Shown one piece after another: positions 49,264-58,184 of a stretch of DNA of 64,000 nucleotides. Source of the DNA: Gemmatimonadaceae bacterium (GTDB taxonomy: Bacteria > Gemmatimonadota > Gemmatimonadetes > Gemmatimonadales > Gemmatimonadaceae); NCBI GenBank assembly GCA_045803545.1, contig JBJMOW010000004.1:1088001-1152000 (forward strand), in the 5' to 3' direction. Position numbers and translations under genes: made by a program. Positions within the stretch are counted from its first letter, which is position 1. Every line of letters starts with the position of its first letter. Under the pieces are notes generated by a model. The model saw only the letters and a list, made by a program, of their open reading frames with translations. It was not told the DNA's origin and ran no database searches.

Positions 49264-49422
49264 ATGGCAGCAGCGAAAAGAGGCGGACGCAGAAAAGGCG
49301 GCGCACGTAAGAGCTCGGGCAGAAAATCCAGCTCCAGCAGAAGCTCCAGCCGCGGCAGAAAGAGCAGCAGCGGACGCAAATCATCGGGCCGCAAGAGTTC
49401 GCGCAGAAAGAGCAGCCGCTAA
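49264..49422 (+). CDS. 52-aa Arg/Lys/Ser-rich protamine/histone-like small protein
   Basis: GGAG RBS; MAAAKRGGRRKGGARKSSGRKSS... with synonymous codon variation among repeats; terminator downstream. Confidence 0.75.
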   Translation: MAAAKRGGRRKGGARKSSGRKSSSSRSSSRGRKSSSGRKSSGRKSSRRKSSR

Positions 49423-49441
49423 ACCATCGCTTCTGATTACG

Positions 49442-49470
49442 AAAAGCCGGCGCTGTCGCCGGCTTTTTTG
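49442..49470. terminator. Bidirectional intrinsic terminator
   Basis: AAAAGCCGGCG-ctgt-CGCCGGCTTTTTT between convergent genes. Confidence 0.85.
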
Positions 49471-50454
49471 TCAGCGTGAGTATCGTCCCGTCGCGAGCTC
49501 GAGAATGCGGGCAATCAGCGCCGGATAGGAGAGTCCGGCTTTTGCCGCGGCGCGCGCGAATTCGCTGTTCTTTTCCAGATAACAATTCGGATTGGCCTCG
49601 ATCACGAAGATCTCTTCGTCGGCAGTGACGCGCAGATCGATGCGGCCGTAGTCGCGGAGCCGGAGAGCCTGAAACGCATCGATCGCGACGCGCTGGATCT
49701 TTGCCGTCAACTCCTCTGACAAGTCCGTCGGAAAGACTGACTGCGTTCCCTCGAATTCCGCGCCTTTCTCGTCGCCCTCGTCACCCCACTTGGCTTCCCA
49801 GCTTGCAATCTTCGGCAGTCCGGCAGGAAACTTCGAGAAATCGAGCTCGATGATCGGCAACGCTTCCGCGTTGCTGTTGCCAATGACGCCCACGTAGAAC
49901 TCGCGGCCGTCGATGAATTCCTCGACCAGCACCGGTGACTGATACTCCTGCTGCGTGGCGCTGATCACGTCGAGCAGCTCCCTCACATCGTGCACGACCG
50001 ACTTCTGGGTAATGCCGAGCGATGCATCCTCTTGCGGTGGCTTCACCAGCAGAGGGAAGTCGATCTCATGCGCCCAATCCAGCTGTCCGCGGAACACCGT
50101 TGCGAACTTCGCGCTTTGTATCCCGTGGAATGCAAGCACCTTCTTCGTCAGCGTCTTGTCGCCGGCCAGAATCAAACCGGCCGGGCTCGACCCGGTGTAG
50201 CGCAGATCCAGGAGATTGAGTAGCGCTGCTACGTTCGACTCGAGAGCGCTCTTCCCGCGGAACGACTCAGCGATGTTGATCACCAGATCAGGCTGAGACG
50301 ACTTGAGCTGATCGATTACGGGCTCGACTGAATCGTCGACCACAACGCGTTGAGAAGTATGTCCGTTCTCAGCGAGCGCTTGATCCAGCTGATCGAGCAG
50401 CGGATCGACCGGCGGATCGAGAGCGTCTTTGGTGTGAAGGACCGTGATCTTCAC
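49471..50454 (-). CDS. D-Ala-D-Ala ligase-like ATP-grasp amide ligase
   Basis: YTGS, DKTLTK, VKPPQEDASLGI, VEEFIDGREF, YGRIDLR, EANPN; GTG start 50454. Confidence 0.88.
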   Translation of the reverse strand: MKITVLHTKDALDPPVDPLLDQLDQALAENGHTSQRVVVDDSVEPVIDQLKSSQPDLVINIAESFRGKSALESNVAALLNLLDLRYTGSSPAGLILAGDKTLTKKVLAFHGIQSAKFATVFRGQLDWAHEIDFPLLVKPPQEDASLGITQKSVVHDVRELLDVISATQQEYQSPVLVEEFIDGREFYVGVIGNSNAEALPIIELDFSKFPAGLPKIASWEAKWGDEGDEKGAEFEGTQSVFPTDLSEELTAKIQRVAIDAFQALRLRDYGRIDLRVTADEEIFVIEANPNCYLEKNSEFARAAAKAGLSYPALIARILELATGRYSR

Positions 50455-51491
50455 GGCTTGGGTGATTTCCCGCCGTCCACCGTATTGGTGTGGCGATAAT
50501 TCATCATCACTGCCGTGCCAAATGCCGTCAGCTCTATCAGCGTCGAAGCTTCGAGTCCGCCAAGCTGCAGGTTGAGCTGCCGAGCACGATCGACCAGGAA
50601 ATCGACAAATTGGCGAACGACCGACGCGGTCTCGCCCGTCCAATAGGAAATGCGTGCGACGATCTCGCGGCGATGGTGCGCAATGAAATCCGACGCTGCC
50701 GCTGCGCTCGGCGCCTGATCACGCGATACGAAGATTGTCCTGAGATCACCGTCGAAGATGCGCGGATCCCGAATCGGAATCGACTCTTCGTCCTCGTAAT
50801 GCTCGGCGACCGTGTACCGCATGGCAGTCACCGGCAGATCGGCTTCCGAGGGCTCCGGCACCGCCGGCACCTGGTGCGCGATCTCCTTCATCACGCTGTC
50901 GACGTACTCGATTTTGCGCAGCGCCCCCCAACCATCATATGACTCGCGCCAATCGAAGTCAGGCGTCAGCCAGACAGCAAAGGTCTCGGCGAAGTCTTCA
51001 TCGGGGTGTTTTTGCGCGTACCAGCCGAGGATGTGTCGAACGTAGTCGTGCGAAAAAGGGTCGGCGCGATAACGCTCGCGATAAGGACGGGAATACGGTC
51101 CAAAAATCTTTCGCCAGTCTGGACGGTCGTACAGACGATACGCGTAATTGAATGCGTGCCCCGCCTCGTGCCGCAGGTATCGCATTGATTCCTCTTCGCT
51201 CTCCACAGCGGCCGAGTAGTCCGCTTCGATCCGGGAAAGTCGCGGATCCGCCAGGTAAAACGGGACGCCGATCAATGGCGTCCCGTCCGGGCATCCCCAC
51301 TGATCACTAAGATAGACCGGCGGGCGAAAGTCTAGTCCCTTGGCGGTGAGCTCGTCGTACAGCTGATTGACCAGCTTTTCGAGCAGCGTGCCGCGTATCT
51401 CGAGACCAATGTCCGAGATGCGCTGGGACAGCAGCGCATGCCGTTCGCCTTCCCAGCCTGGGGCCTGTTCCACGCGGTTCAAGGGGGGCAA
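50451..51491 (-). CDS. Putative zinc-binding metallopeptidase (Peptidase_Mx-like)
   Basis: RHEAGHA (HEXXH), YAQKHPDEDFAETFAVW. Confidence 0.85.
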   Translation of the reverse strand: MPPLNRVEQAPGWEGERHALLSQRISDIGLEIRGTLLEKLVNQLYDELTAKGLDFRPPVYLSDQWGCPDGTPLIGVPFYLADPRLSRIEADYSAAVESEEESMRYLRHEAGHAFNYAYRLYDRPDWRKIFGPYSRPYRERYRADPFSHDYVRHILGWYAQKHPDEDFAETFAVWLTPDFDWRESYDGWGALRKIEYVDSVMKEIAHQVPAVPEPSEADLPVTAMRYTVAEHYEDEESIPIRDPRIFDGDLRTIFVSRDQAPSAAAASDFIAHHRREIVARISYWTGETASVVRQFVDFLVDRARQLNLQLGGLEASTLIELTAFGTAVMMNYRHTNTVDGGKSPKP

Positions 51492-51513
51492 GCAGCGTAC
51501 CGGGTTTGCTAAC

Positions 51514-51540
51514 GAAAAGCCCCGCGACTCGTCGCGGGGC
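51514..51540 (-). terminator. Intrinsic terminator
   Basis: GCCCCGCGAC-ga-GTCGCGGGGC-TTTTC on minus strand. Confidence 0.75.
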
Positions 51541-51565
51541 TCTTATAACCGACAATCCAGCCAGC

Positions 51566-51718
51566 TCAGGCAGCGCGAGTTTCCGATTCCTCTGCGTTCT
51601 CTGGCGCAGGTGCCCAGATATACGCCGCGAATACCGGTGTCGGCTCCGTCTTGTCGCCGCGCGAGATGACGATGCCCATTGGCTCGGATGAATTCGTGTC
51701 CTTACGATCCTTCTTCAT
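51566..51718 (-). CDS. 50-aa hypothetical small protein
   Basis: MKKDRKDTNSSEPMGIVISRGDKTEPTPVFAAYIWAPAPENAEESETRAA; GAGAG RBS; own promoter candidate and terminator. Confidence 0.6.
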   Translation of the reverse strand: MKKDRKDTNSSEPMGIVISRGDKTEPTPVFAAYIWAPAPENAEESETRAA

Positions 51719-51767
51719 AAATCTCTCACTTGATAGGTGCCACACCCGTGGCTCGGAGCCACTGATA

Positions 51768-51783
51768 GGCACCCGATGTGCCA
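51768..51783 (-). promoter_or_regulatory. Candidate sigma-54 (-24/-12) promoter
   Basis: TGGCACATCGGGTGCC = GG-N10-GC, about 50 nt upstream of the small ORF. Confidence 0.5.
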
Positions 51784-51912
51784 AGTGGGACGCCATTTCC
51801 AAGTGATTGTTAATGAAGAACTTACGCAGCGCCGACGCGACGCCTGAGCTTCTCATCGTTGCAAACTGACACACGCCTTCGGGACACTTGTGTCTAGATG
51901 ACACGCAGCCGA

Positions 51913-52683
51913 TCAGCTGGCGACTTTGCGGGCGAGGAAAGTTTTGGACGAGGCCGAATCGTCCTCGACGGAAATCGACCAGCCCTTGTACTGCTTCTTC
52001 AGCTCGGTCACCGAAAGGCCCTTTCCGCGCACGATCGTACCGACGAGATGAACTCCGCCATCGCGGGTTGCGCCCTGCAGTAGCTCGAACGCGCGGCTTC
52101 GCTCGTTGACGGAAAGTCCGTTGAATGCGTCGGGCGTACATACGACCGCGCCAAGCTGTACGTCGGGCGACCAATCGGTAATGCCGGCGACGTAGCTCTG
52201 GATCCGATCGGCGAGGCCTGCCTCCTGTGCGACATTCATTACACGCTCGAGCGGAGCCACTTCACGATCGACCGCCGTCACCTCGCAGCCGTGCGCCGCC
52301 AGGTAAAGCGCTGTCCGATCCATGTCGCCACCGGCAACGAGAACTTTCGATTCAGCCGGTGGGTGCACCTCGCGCGCGAGAACGCCGTCCGGTCGAATGC
52401 CCCAATGCTCAGGCCGTCGATACTCTTCGAGCATCTTGAGGCGCTTCCTCCGCCAGGTCGCATAGGAAGGGATGCGCAGCCGCTTGCGGATTATCCGATC
52501 TACTTCCGCCCAGAGGAGCAGCTCGTCCATCAGCAACTGCTCGCTGGCTCTAAGGGATGCGGCTGCTTCATCGCCAATCTTGAGAAGGGCGGAGCGGGAA
52601 ACCGAGTCCTTGTAGTTCTCGATCTCGTCCTCTACAAACAGCTCGTATTCGTGTTTGAGAGAGCGAGGATTTTGTTGCGGCAT
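51913..52683 (-). CDS. Hypothetical protein with degenerate class I SAM-methyltransferase-like C-terminal domain
   Basis: ALYLAAHGCEVTAVD (TehB-like), motif I degenerate; unknown helical N-domain. Confidence 0.7.
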   Translation of the reverse strand: MPQQNPRSLKHEYELFVEDEIENYKDSVSRSALLKIGDEAAASLRASEQLLMDELLLWAEVDRIIRKRLRIPSYATWRRKRLKMLEEYRRPEHWGIRPDGVLAREVHPPAESKVLVAGGDMDRTALYLAAHGCEVTAVDREVAPLERVMNVAQEAGLADRIQSYVAGITDWSPDVQLGAVVCTPDAFNGLSVNERSRAFELLQGATRDGGVHLVGTIVRGKGLSVTELKKQYKGWSISVEDDSASSKTFLARKVAS

Positions 52684-52827
52684 GGCGTTGGGCAGAAGGA
52701 ACGTGCTCTAGCCAGGTGTTTAAAGTAGCCGTCCTTGGTGATCGCGCAAGAGCAACTTTGTGCTAGCTCTACTGGGCAGATGTCCGCTAAGCTCAACAAA
52801 CAACAACGGTTCCGCTTGCGACATCAT

Positions 52828-53409
52828 CTAAGGTGAGAGTGCAACCAGGCCCGATCTGAGTGCGTATCGCACCAAACTCACGACGTCGTGCATCCCAAGC
52901 CGCTTCATCAATTCGCCTCGGTGGCTCTCCACTGTCTTGATGCTGAGGCTAAGCTTGTCGGCGATTTCGCGGGTGCGATGGCCCTCCGCTACCAGTCGAA
53001 GCACCTCGACTTGCCGAGCAGTGAGTTTGCCGAGAGGTTGGCGTCGCTCGATTGCAGTGGAAATGGCCGCCGGAAGCCGCTGCAAGTTCTTCTTGATCAC
53101 GATGTCTTCAGCACCGTTGCGCAAACACGCGACGGCAGAAACACCGTTGATCGACTCGGTCACCACGATCAGCGGAGTGGCGGGACTTTGATACCGCAGT
53201 ATGTCGAGCGCGTCGCCGGCTCCGAATGACGAGCCGTTGTAGTCGGACAACACCGCGTCCGGCTGCAGTTCTTCCAGCAGTATCTTGAAAGCTTCAGGTG
53301 AGGCTGCACTCCGCTTTTCGACTGTTACACCAGCTGCCGACAGCTGCTGCTCGATCAGATCGACATCGGCCTTATTGTCGTTCAGGACGAGAACACGTGA
53401 AGGATTCAT
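52828..53409 (-). CDS. Orphan response regulator (REC + LuxR HTH)
   Basis: AVLSDY, GAED..K, LTARQVEVL, LSIKTVESHR. Confidence 0.88.
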   Translation of the reverse strand: MNPSRVLVLNDNKADVDLIEQQLSAAGVTVEKRSAASPEAFKILLEELQPDAVLSDYNGSSFGAGDALDILRYQSPATPLIVVTESINGVSAVACLRNGAEDIVIKKNLQRLPAAISTAIERRQPLGKLTARQVEVLRLVAEGHRTREIADKLSLSIKTVESHRGELMKRLGMHDVVSLVRYALRSGLVALSP

Positions 53410-53592
53410 TGATGGTGGTTAGAGTTCGAGGGCGCCAGATCGGGCGGCGCGGGCTGTGCGAGGCAGCGAGACTTCGAGCTTCAATCTGGCTTTCGGTGGG
53501 TTCACCGGGCTCATTCGCAAAGTAAGTCAGGGTATTTCCCGCTGCAATCGCCGGTCCATCCATAGATTCCGTCCGTATGAATCGCACGCGCG

Positions 53593-54378
53593 ATGCCTGA
53601 GCTACCCGAAGTCGAGAAAGCGGCACGTGCGTTGGCCAAAGCTGCGGTCGGTAAGACCATCGCTGCCGTGCGGCCGATCCACCCATCCCTGAAAAGAAGA
53701 TTTACGTCAGCCAGCGCTCTCCGCGCTAAAGGAAAGCGCGTCGAGAGCATCGAGCGGCGCGGGAAACATCAGCTGCTCAATCTCGATAGCGGCGACACGA
53801 TCGTGATCCATTTCCGGATGAACGGCGATTGGGAGATTGGAACTGTTGATGATTCGCTCGATCGCTTCGCCCGCGCCGTTATCGAGCTGACTGACGGGAC
53901 GCGGATCTCGCTTGTCGATCGTCGCGCACTTTCCACCATCACTCTCGACCGCGAAGGCATCTCATCGTTGCCAAAGCTGGGGCGCGAAGCGAGCGATCCA
54001 TCGCTTGACGGAGTGTATCTCTCCGGCGCCCTCCAGCGACGCAAGATTGCAATCAAGCCGGCGCTGATGGACCAGGCGGTGCTGGCCGGACTCGGCAACA
54101 TCTACGCAGCCGAAGCGCTCTGGGAAGCGCAAATCGATCCCCGGTCGGGCGCGGCGTCGATGTCAGGCGATACGCTCACCAAACTCGTCGACGCGATCAG
54201 GCTCGTCCTCAGCCCACGCCGTCGCCGCCCCGGCCGTTACACCGAATCGCGCGGTCGCAGTCGCTTCGCCGTCTACGATCGGGAAGGTCAGGAATGTCGT
54301 CGTTGCGGAGGCATCGTTCAAAGGATCGTGCAGGCAGGGAGGTCCACCTACTTCTGCCCGGACTGTCAAACCGGCTAA
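53593..54378 (+). CDS. mutM: Formamidopyrimidine-DNA glycosylase
   Basis: MPELPEVE, RRGK, HFRMNG, GLGNIYA.E, C-terminal C4 zinc finger. Confidence 0.93.
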   Translation: MPELPEVEKAARALAKAAVGKTIAAVRPIHPSLKRRFTSASALRAKGKRVESIERRGKHQLLNLDSGDTIVIHFRMNGDWEIGTVDDSLDRFARAVIELTDGTRISLVDRRALSTITLDREGISSLPKLGREASDPSLDGVYLSGALQRRKIAIKPALMDQAVLAGLGNIYAAEALWEAQIDPRSGAASMSGDTLTKLVDAIRLVLSPRRRRPGRYTESRGRSRFAVYDREGQECRRCGGIVQRIVQAGRSTYFCPDCQTG

Positions 54379-55538
54379 TCCATGACCTCTAGCAGCGCCC
54401 CCTTGATGTAACCGGTCTCCGGAATCGTCAGGATTTCCGGATGATCGAGGGGCTGACCCGTTAGCGCACGAATCGCTACACGGCGGCCGCTGTCAGTGGC
54501 GGCATCCTGGAGCATCTCCAGAAACAGTGGCTTCGTTAGATGAAAACTGCAGCTGGCCGTGTATAGCAGTCCGCCGGGACCGAGCAGCTTGATCGCGCGC
54601 ATGTTCACGTCCTTGTAACCGCGTAGCGCTCCTGTGAGCGCACCTTTCGTCTTCGCGAACGCGGGCGGATCGAGCACAATGGTGTCAAAGGTCACACCCT
54701 GCCGCTCCTTCTCGCGCAGAAAGTCGAACGCATTTGCTTCTACGAAGGAAATGTTGGTGAGCGAATTGCGCGCGGCGTTCTCCGAGGCTCTCATCAGCGC
54801 CGGAGCCGACGAATCGAGCGCAGTGACGTGCGTTGCCTTGCGCGCGAGGTGCAGCGCGAATGATCCGTGGTAACTGAAACAGTCCAGCGCGCGACCACGC
54901 GCAACCGTTCCCACAAAATGGCGGTTCTCCCGCTGATCCAGAAACGCGCCCGTCTTCTGTCCCGTAAACGGCGCGGCGAGAAACTTTATACCGTACTCGT
55001 GAACCTCGATCTCGCGCGGGACTTCCCCGTCGAGCACGACGGTCTCGCGAGGCAGCCCTTCTTTTGCGCGCAGCGCAACGTCGTTGCGCGCGAGAATCCC
55101 CGCCGGCTCGGCGAGCGAGCGCAATGAGTTGAGGATCTCATCCCGAAATCGCTCCAGTCCCGCGCTCATGAATTGCACCACCAGCCACTGGTCGTAGCGA
55201 TCGCAAATGAGCGAGGGCACTCCATCGGCTTCTCCGTGGACCAGTCGCATCGCGTTGGTATGATCCTCGAGGGGGACGCGACGCGCGATCGCCGCGGCGA
55301 TTTGCTCGTCCCACCATGCCTGGTCGATCACGGCGTCGGGATTGTGGTCCAGCATCCTCAGCGAGATCTCCGACAGCGGGCTCCATAGCGCCCAGCCAAG
55401 GGGCTTGCCGCGGTTGTCGTGAACGAGCACCGCCCCGGCATCCACCAGTGGGCGCTCTGTCACATCGCTGCGATAGATCCAGGGATGGCCGGCCTGCCAC
55501 CGCCGCGCCCCCTTGGCGCTCACTCGCGCAACAGTCAT
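54375..55538 (-). CDS. RlmI-like class I SAM-dependent rRNA methyltransferase
   Basis: GHPWIY PUA domain, GQKTG.FLDQRENR, LDPPAFAK, SCS. Confidence 0.9.
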   Translation of the reverse strand: MTVARVSAKGARRWQAGHPWIYRSDVTERPLVDAGAVLVHDNRGKPLGWALWSPLSEISLRMLDHNPDAVIDQAWWDEQIAAAIARRVPLEDHTNAMRLVHGEADGVPSLICDRYDQWLVVQFMSAGLERFRDEILNSLRSLAEPAGILARNDVALRAKEGLPRETVVLDGEVPREIEVHEYGIKFLAAPFTGQKTGAFLDQRENRHFVGTVARGRALDCFSYHGSFALHLARKATHVTALDSSAPALMRASENAARNSLTNISFVEANAFDFLREKERQGVTFDTIVLDPPAFAKTKGALTGALRGYKDVNMRAIKLLGPGGLLYTASCSFHLTKPLFLEMLQDAATDSGRRVAIRALTGQPLDHPEILTIPETGYIKGALLEVMD

Positions 55539-55604
55539 GTGTCAATTTATCAAACGAGGTGCGCGTCGTTTTGTGGCCGTACACTTCTTGCGAAAGGTCT
55601 ACCC

Positions 55605-56396
55605 ATGCGCGAGATCGTACCGCTTTCAGTAACCGTCGCCGCCGGCGGACTTCTCTACCGCGAGCACACCGCGCGAACCAAAGCCGAGCGACTCGCCGCG
55701 GCGACGATGGAGACGCTGCTGAATGCAATCGATGCCAACGACGAAGAGACGGGCAAGCACGTGCGCCGAGTCGCGTCTTACGCGTTGATTCTGGCCGATG
55801 CCGCCGGGCTCGACGGGCACACGTTGCGCACCATTGAGCGCGTCGCATTGTTTCACGACATCGGGAAGCTCCACGGAGCTCTGACGGACATCTTCCACGA
55901 GGCAGCCAAGCTCACGCCGGAGGAGCGGCGAGCGGTGAAAACCCATCCGCAGCGCGGCGCAGAAGTTCTCGATCCTCTTAGCGCGTTTTATCCCGATCTG
56001 GGGGCCGGCGTCGCCGCGCACCATGAACGTTGGGACGGGAAAGGCTATCCGCGCTGTCTCAAGGGAAAGCGGATTCCGCTACAGGCACGCATCGTTACGA
56101 TTGCAGACAGCTTCGACGCGATCACACATCGTCGGCGCTATAGCGCTGCGAGAAGCCTCGGTGAGGCAATAAAGGCGATTCGCGAAGGACGCGGAACGCA
56201 GTTCGAGCCCGCTCTCGTCGATCTGTTTCTGAGCAAGCCGGTAATTGCCAGGATCGAGAAGGCAATGCGTCGGGCTCACGCTCCACGACGCGTAGCTGAG
56301 AAGCGCCGTCATGGGGAAAGGGAATCAGTTCCCGATGTTACGTTTCGATGGCGGACGCGATCTCGCGGGTCGCCTGCACCGGATCCTCAGCGCTGA
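55605..56396 (+). CDS. HD-GYP domain phosphodiesterase
   Basis: H..RV, FHDIGK, HHERWDGKGYP, IADSFDA, GTQF.P. Confidence 0.9.
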   Translation: MREIVPLSVTVAAGGLLYREHTARTKAERLAAATMETLLNAIDANDEETGKHVRRVASYALILADAAGLDGHTLRTIERVALFHDIGKLHGALTDIFHEAAKLTPEERRAVKTHPQRGAEVLDPLSAFYPDLGAGVAAHHERWDGKGYPRCLKGKRIPLQARIVTIADSFDAITHRRRYSAARSLGEAIKAIREGRGTQFEPALVDLFLSKPVIARIEKAMRRAHAPRRVAEKRRHGERESVPDVTFRWRTRSRGSPAPDPQR

Positions 56397-56952
56397 ATAT
56401 CGCGTTTATGACAGCTACGCCCGTAGCTCCGTGCATCACGATCTGCATCGCGCGGTCCGCGGTGATGCCACCGACGGCAACTGCCGGGTGATCGACCAGT
56501 CCCTTAAGCCGCTCGAACCCGCTCACTCCAATTGCAGTCCCGGCATCGCCTTTCGAGTCTGAGCCGAATACGGGCCCGATGCCCACGTAGTCCGCGTTCT
56601 TCGCGTTCGGTATCTCCGCATCGCTCCCGAGCGACGCGCCGATGATGAAGCCGGCTGGAGCGAACCTTCGAATTGCCTCCACCGGCAGGTCCGCTTCGCC
56701 GACGTGTACTCCAGCAGCGCCTGCGGCGAGCGCAATGTCCGCCCGATCGTTGACGATCACCGGCACGTTCACTTTCAGGATGATCTTCCGCGTGATCTCG
56801 ACGACTTCTCGCGGCGAAGCGGCTTTGAGTCGCACCTGTACGCTCGTCGCTCCGCCTTGCACAGCGGCAGCCACACGATCGACCAGCGTCGCGCGGCGAT
56901 CCTCGGCGTCGTCGGTGATTGCGACGAGACGCAGGATGCGCGGATCAAGCAT
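56338..56952 (-). CDS. thiE: Thiamine phosphate synthase
   Basis: VQVRLK, IVNDRADIA, GVHVG, GPVF.S.SK, AVGGI. Confidence 0.93.
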   Translation of the reverse strand: MLDPRILRLVAITDDAEDRRATLVDRVAAAVQGGATSVQVRLKAASPREVVEITRKIILKVNVPVIVNDRADIALAAGAAGVHVGEADLPVEAIRRFAPAGFIIGASLGSDAEIPNAKNADYVGIGPVFGSDSKGDAGTAIGVSGFERLKGLVDHPAVAVGGITADRAMQIVMHGATGVAVINAIFSAEDPVQATREIASAIET

Positions 56953-56957
56953 TTCGA

Positions 56958-58184
56958 TTATCGACTGGAAGTAGTTCCGCTAACGGTTTTCTTGGTCGAT
57001 GTGCCAGTCGACTTCCTGATCGTCGATTTCGCAGGAGTCTTGGTCGACTTGGACGTTGTGACGGTTCGCTTCGCAGCGCTTGCTGTTTTGGTCGACTTGG
57101 TTGGCGCAGTCGTCCTGCCCGCCGTTCGCAACGTTGTCTTCGTCGACGTTGCGCGCGTGGCCGGCGCCCTCGGCGCTGGATCCGCCATCGCCAGCATTCG
57201 CGGCGGTATCCGCCTCGGCATTGCTGCGCGAACCTGGCGCACAGCGTTGGCGTGCTGCTCGAGCGTCATGCGGAACTCGTGGTGCCCATCCGTGCTCGCG
57301 ACGAAATACAGATACTGAACGTTCGCCGGGCTGGCGGCCGCGGCGAGACTCGCAACTCCGGGCGATGCGATCGGTCCGGGAGGCAAGCCCTTGTTCACGT
57401 AGGTGTTGTACGGGGATTTGATAGCGAGATCCTTGTAGAGTACGCGGCCGACGTGATGGCCCAGCGCGTACTGCACGGTTGGATCAGCTTGCAGCAACAT
57501 TCCCTTTCGCAGTCGGTTGTAATAGACGGCGGCAATCACCGGCCGTTCCTCGGGCAACCGCGCTTCCTTCTCCACGATCGACGCCATAGTTACGAGGTCG
57601 TTGCGATTGATCTTCATCGCCAGTGCAGCTGAATCCCACGATGGCTTCCAACGCCGCTCAAACGAATAGACCATCTCACGAACGGCCTGTCGAGCGGTGG
57701 TGCCGAGCGGGAACGCATAGGTATCGGGGAACAGGTAACCCTCAAGCGTCGGATTCGGCACATCGAGTCGTGCGAGCAGCGCAGTGTCACGAACCGCTGC
57801 TGCTACCGAATCCGCTGGAACCTTGAGTGTCCTGGCCAATGCTGGCGTGATCTGAGCTATCGACCAGCCCTCGGGAATGGTGACGGTGTTGACCAGGCCA
57901 TGCCCGCCGTTCAGTGCGTCGACGATGGAATTCCACGGCGTACCGTGTTTAAGCAGGTACGTACCAGGTTTGATGTTCCTGTCGCCGCCGACGACACGCC
58001 CATAGAGCGTGAACAACTTCGCCGAGCCAATGACACCGTCGTGCGATAGCGATTCCGCAGCCTGACCGAAGCTGGCCCCGCGGGGGATGATTACGCGGAC
58101 CGGTGCGCCGTGGGGCTCGCCTGCACACGCAGCGATAAATACGCACGCCGCAACGAGTGCGGTGCGCATATCACGTCGACGCAT
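56958..58184 (-). CDS. mltG: Endolytic transglycosylase MltG with Thr/Lys-rich C-terminal tail
   Basis: TIPEG, EGYLFPDTY, ASIVEKE, LQADPTV.Y, SPYNTY, GLPPGPI. Confidence 0.95.
   Translation of the reverse strand: MRRRDMRTALVAACVFIAACAGEPHGAPVRVIIPRGASFGQAAESLSHDGVIGSAKLFTLYGRVVGGDRNIKPGTYLLKHGTPWNSIVDALNGGHGLVNTVTIPEGWSIAQITPALARTLKVPADSVAAAVRDTALLARLDVPNPTLEGYLFPDTYAFPLGTTARQAVREMVYSFERRWKPSWDSAALAMKINRNDLVTMASIVEKEARLPEERPVIAAVYYNRLRKGMLLQADPTVQYALGHHVGRVLYKDLAIKSPYNTYVNKGLPPGPIASPGVASLAAAASPANVQYLYFVASTDGHHEFRMTLEQHANAVRQVRAAMPRRIPPRMLAMADPAPRAPATRATSTKTTLRTAGRTTAPTKSTKTASAAKRTVTTSKSTKTPAKSTIRKSTGTSTKKTVSGTTSSR

Noticed and set aside
49471..50454. Calling this gene ddl
   Set aside because: Lacks the GG.S.E.EVS N-terminal and LHG..GEDG motifs of housekeeping Ddl and is outside a cell-wall cluster.
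56338..56396. Convergent 3' overlaps (HD-GYP/thiE; also 12033-12082)
   Set aside because: Short tail-to-tail overlaps are common in GC-rich genomes and carry no further signal.
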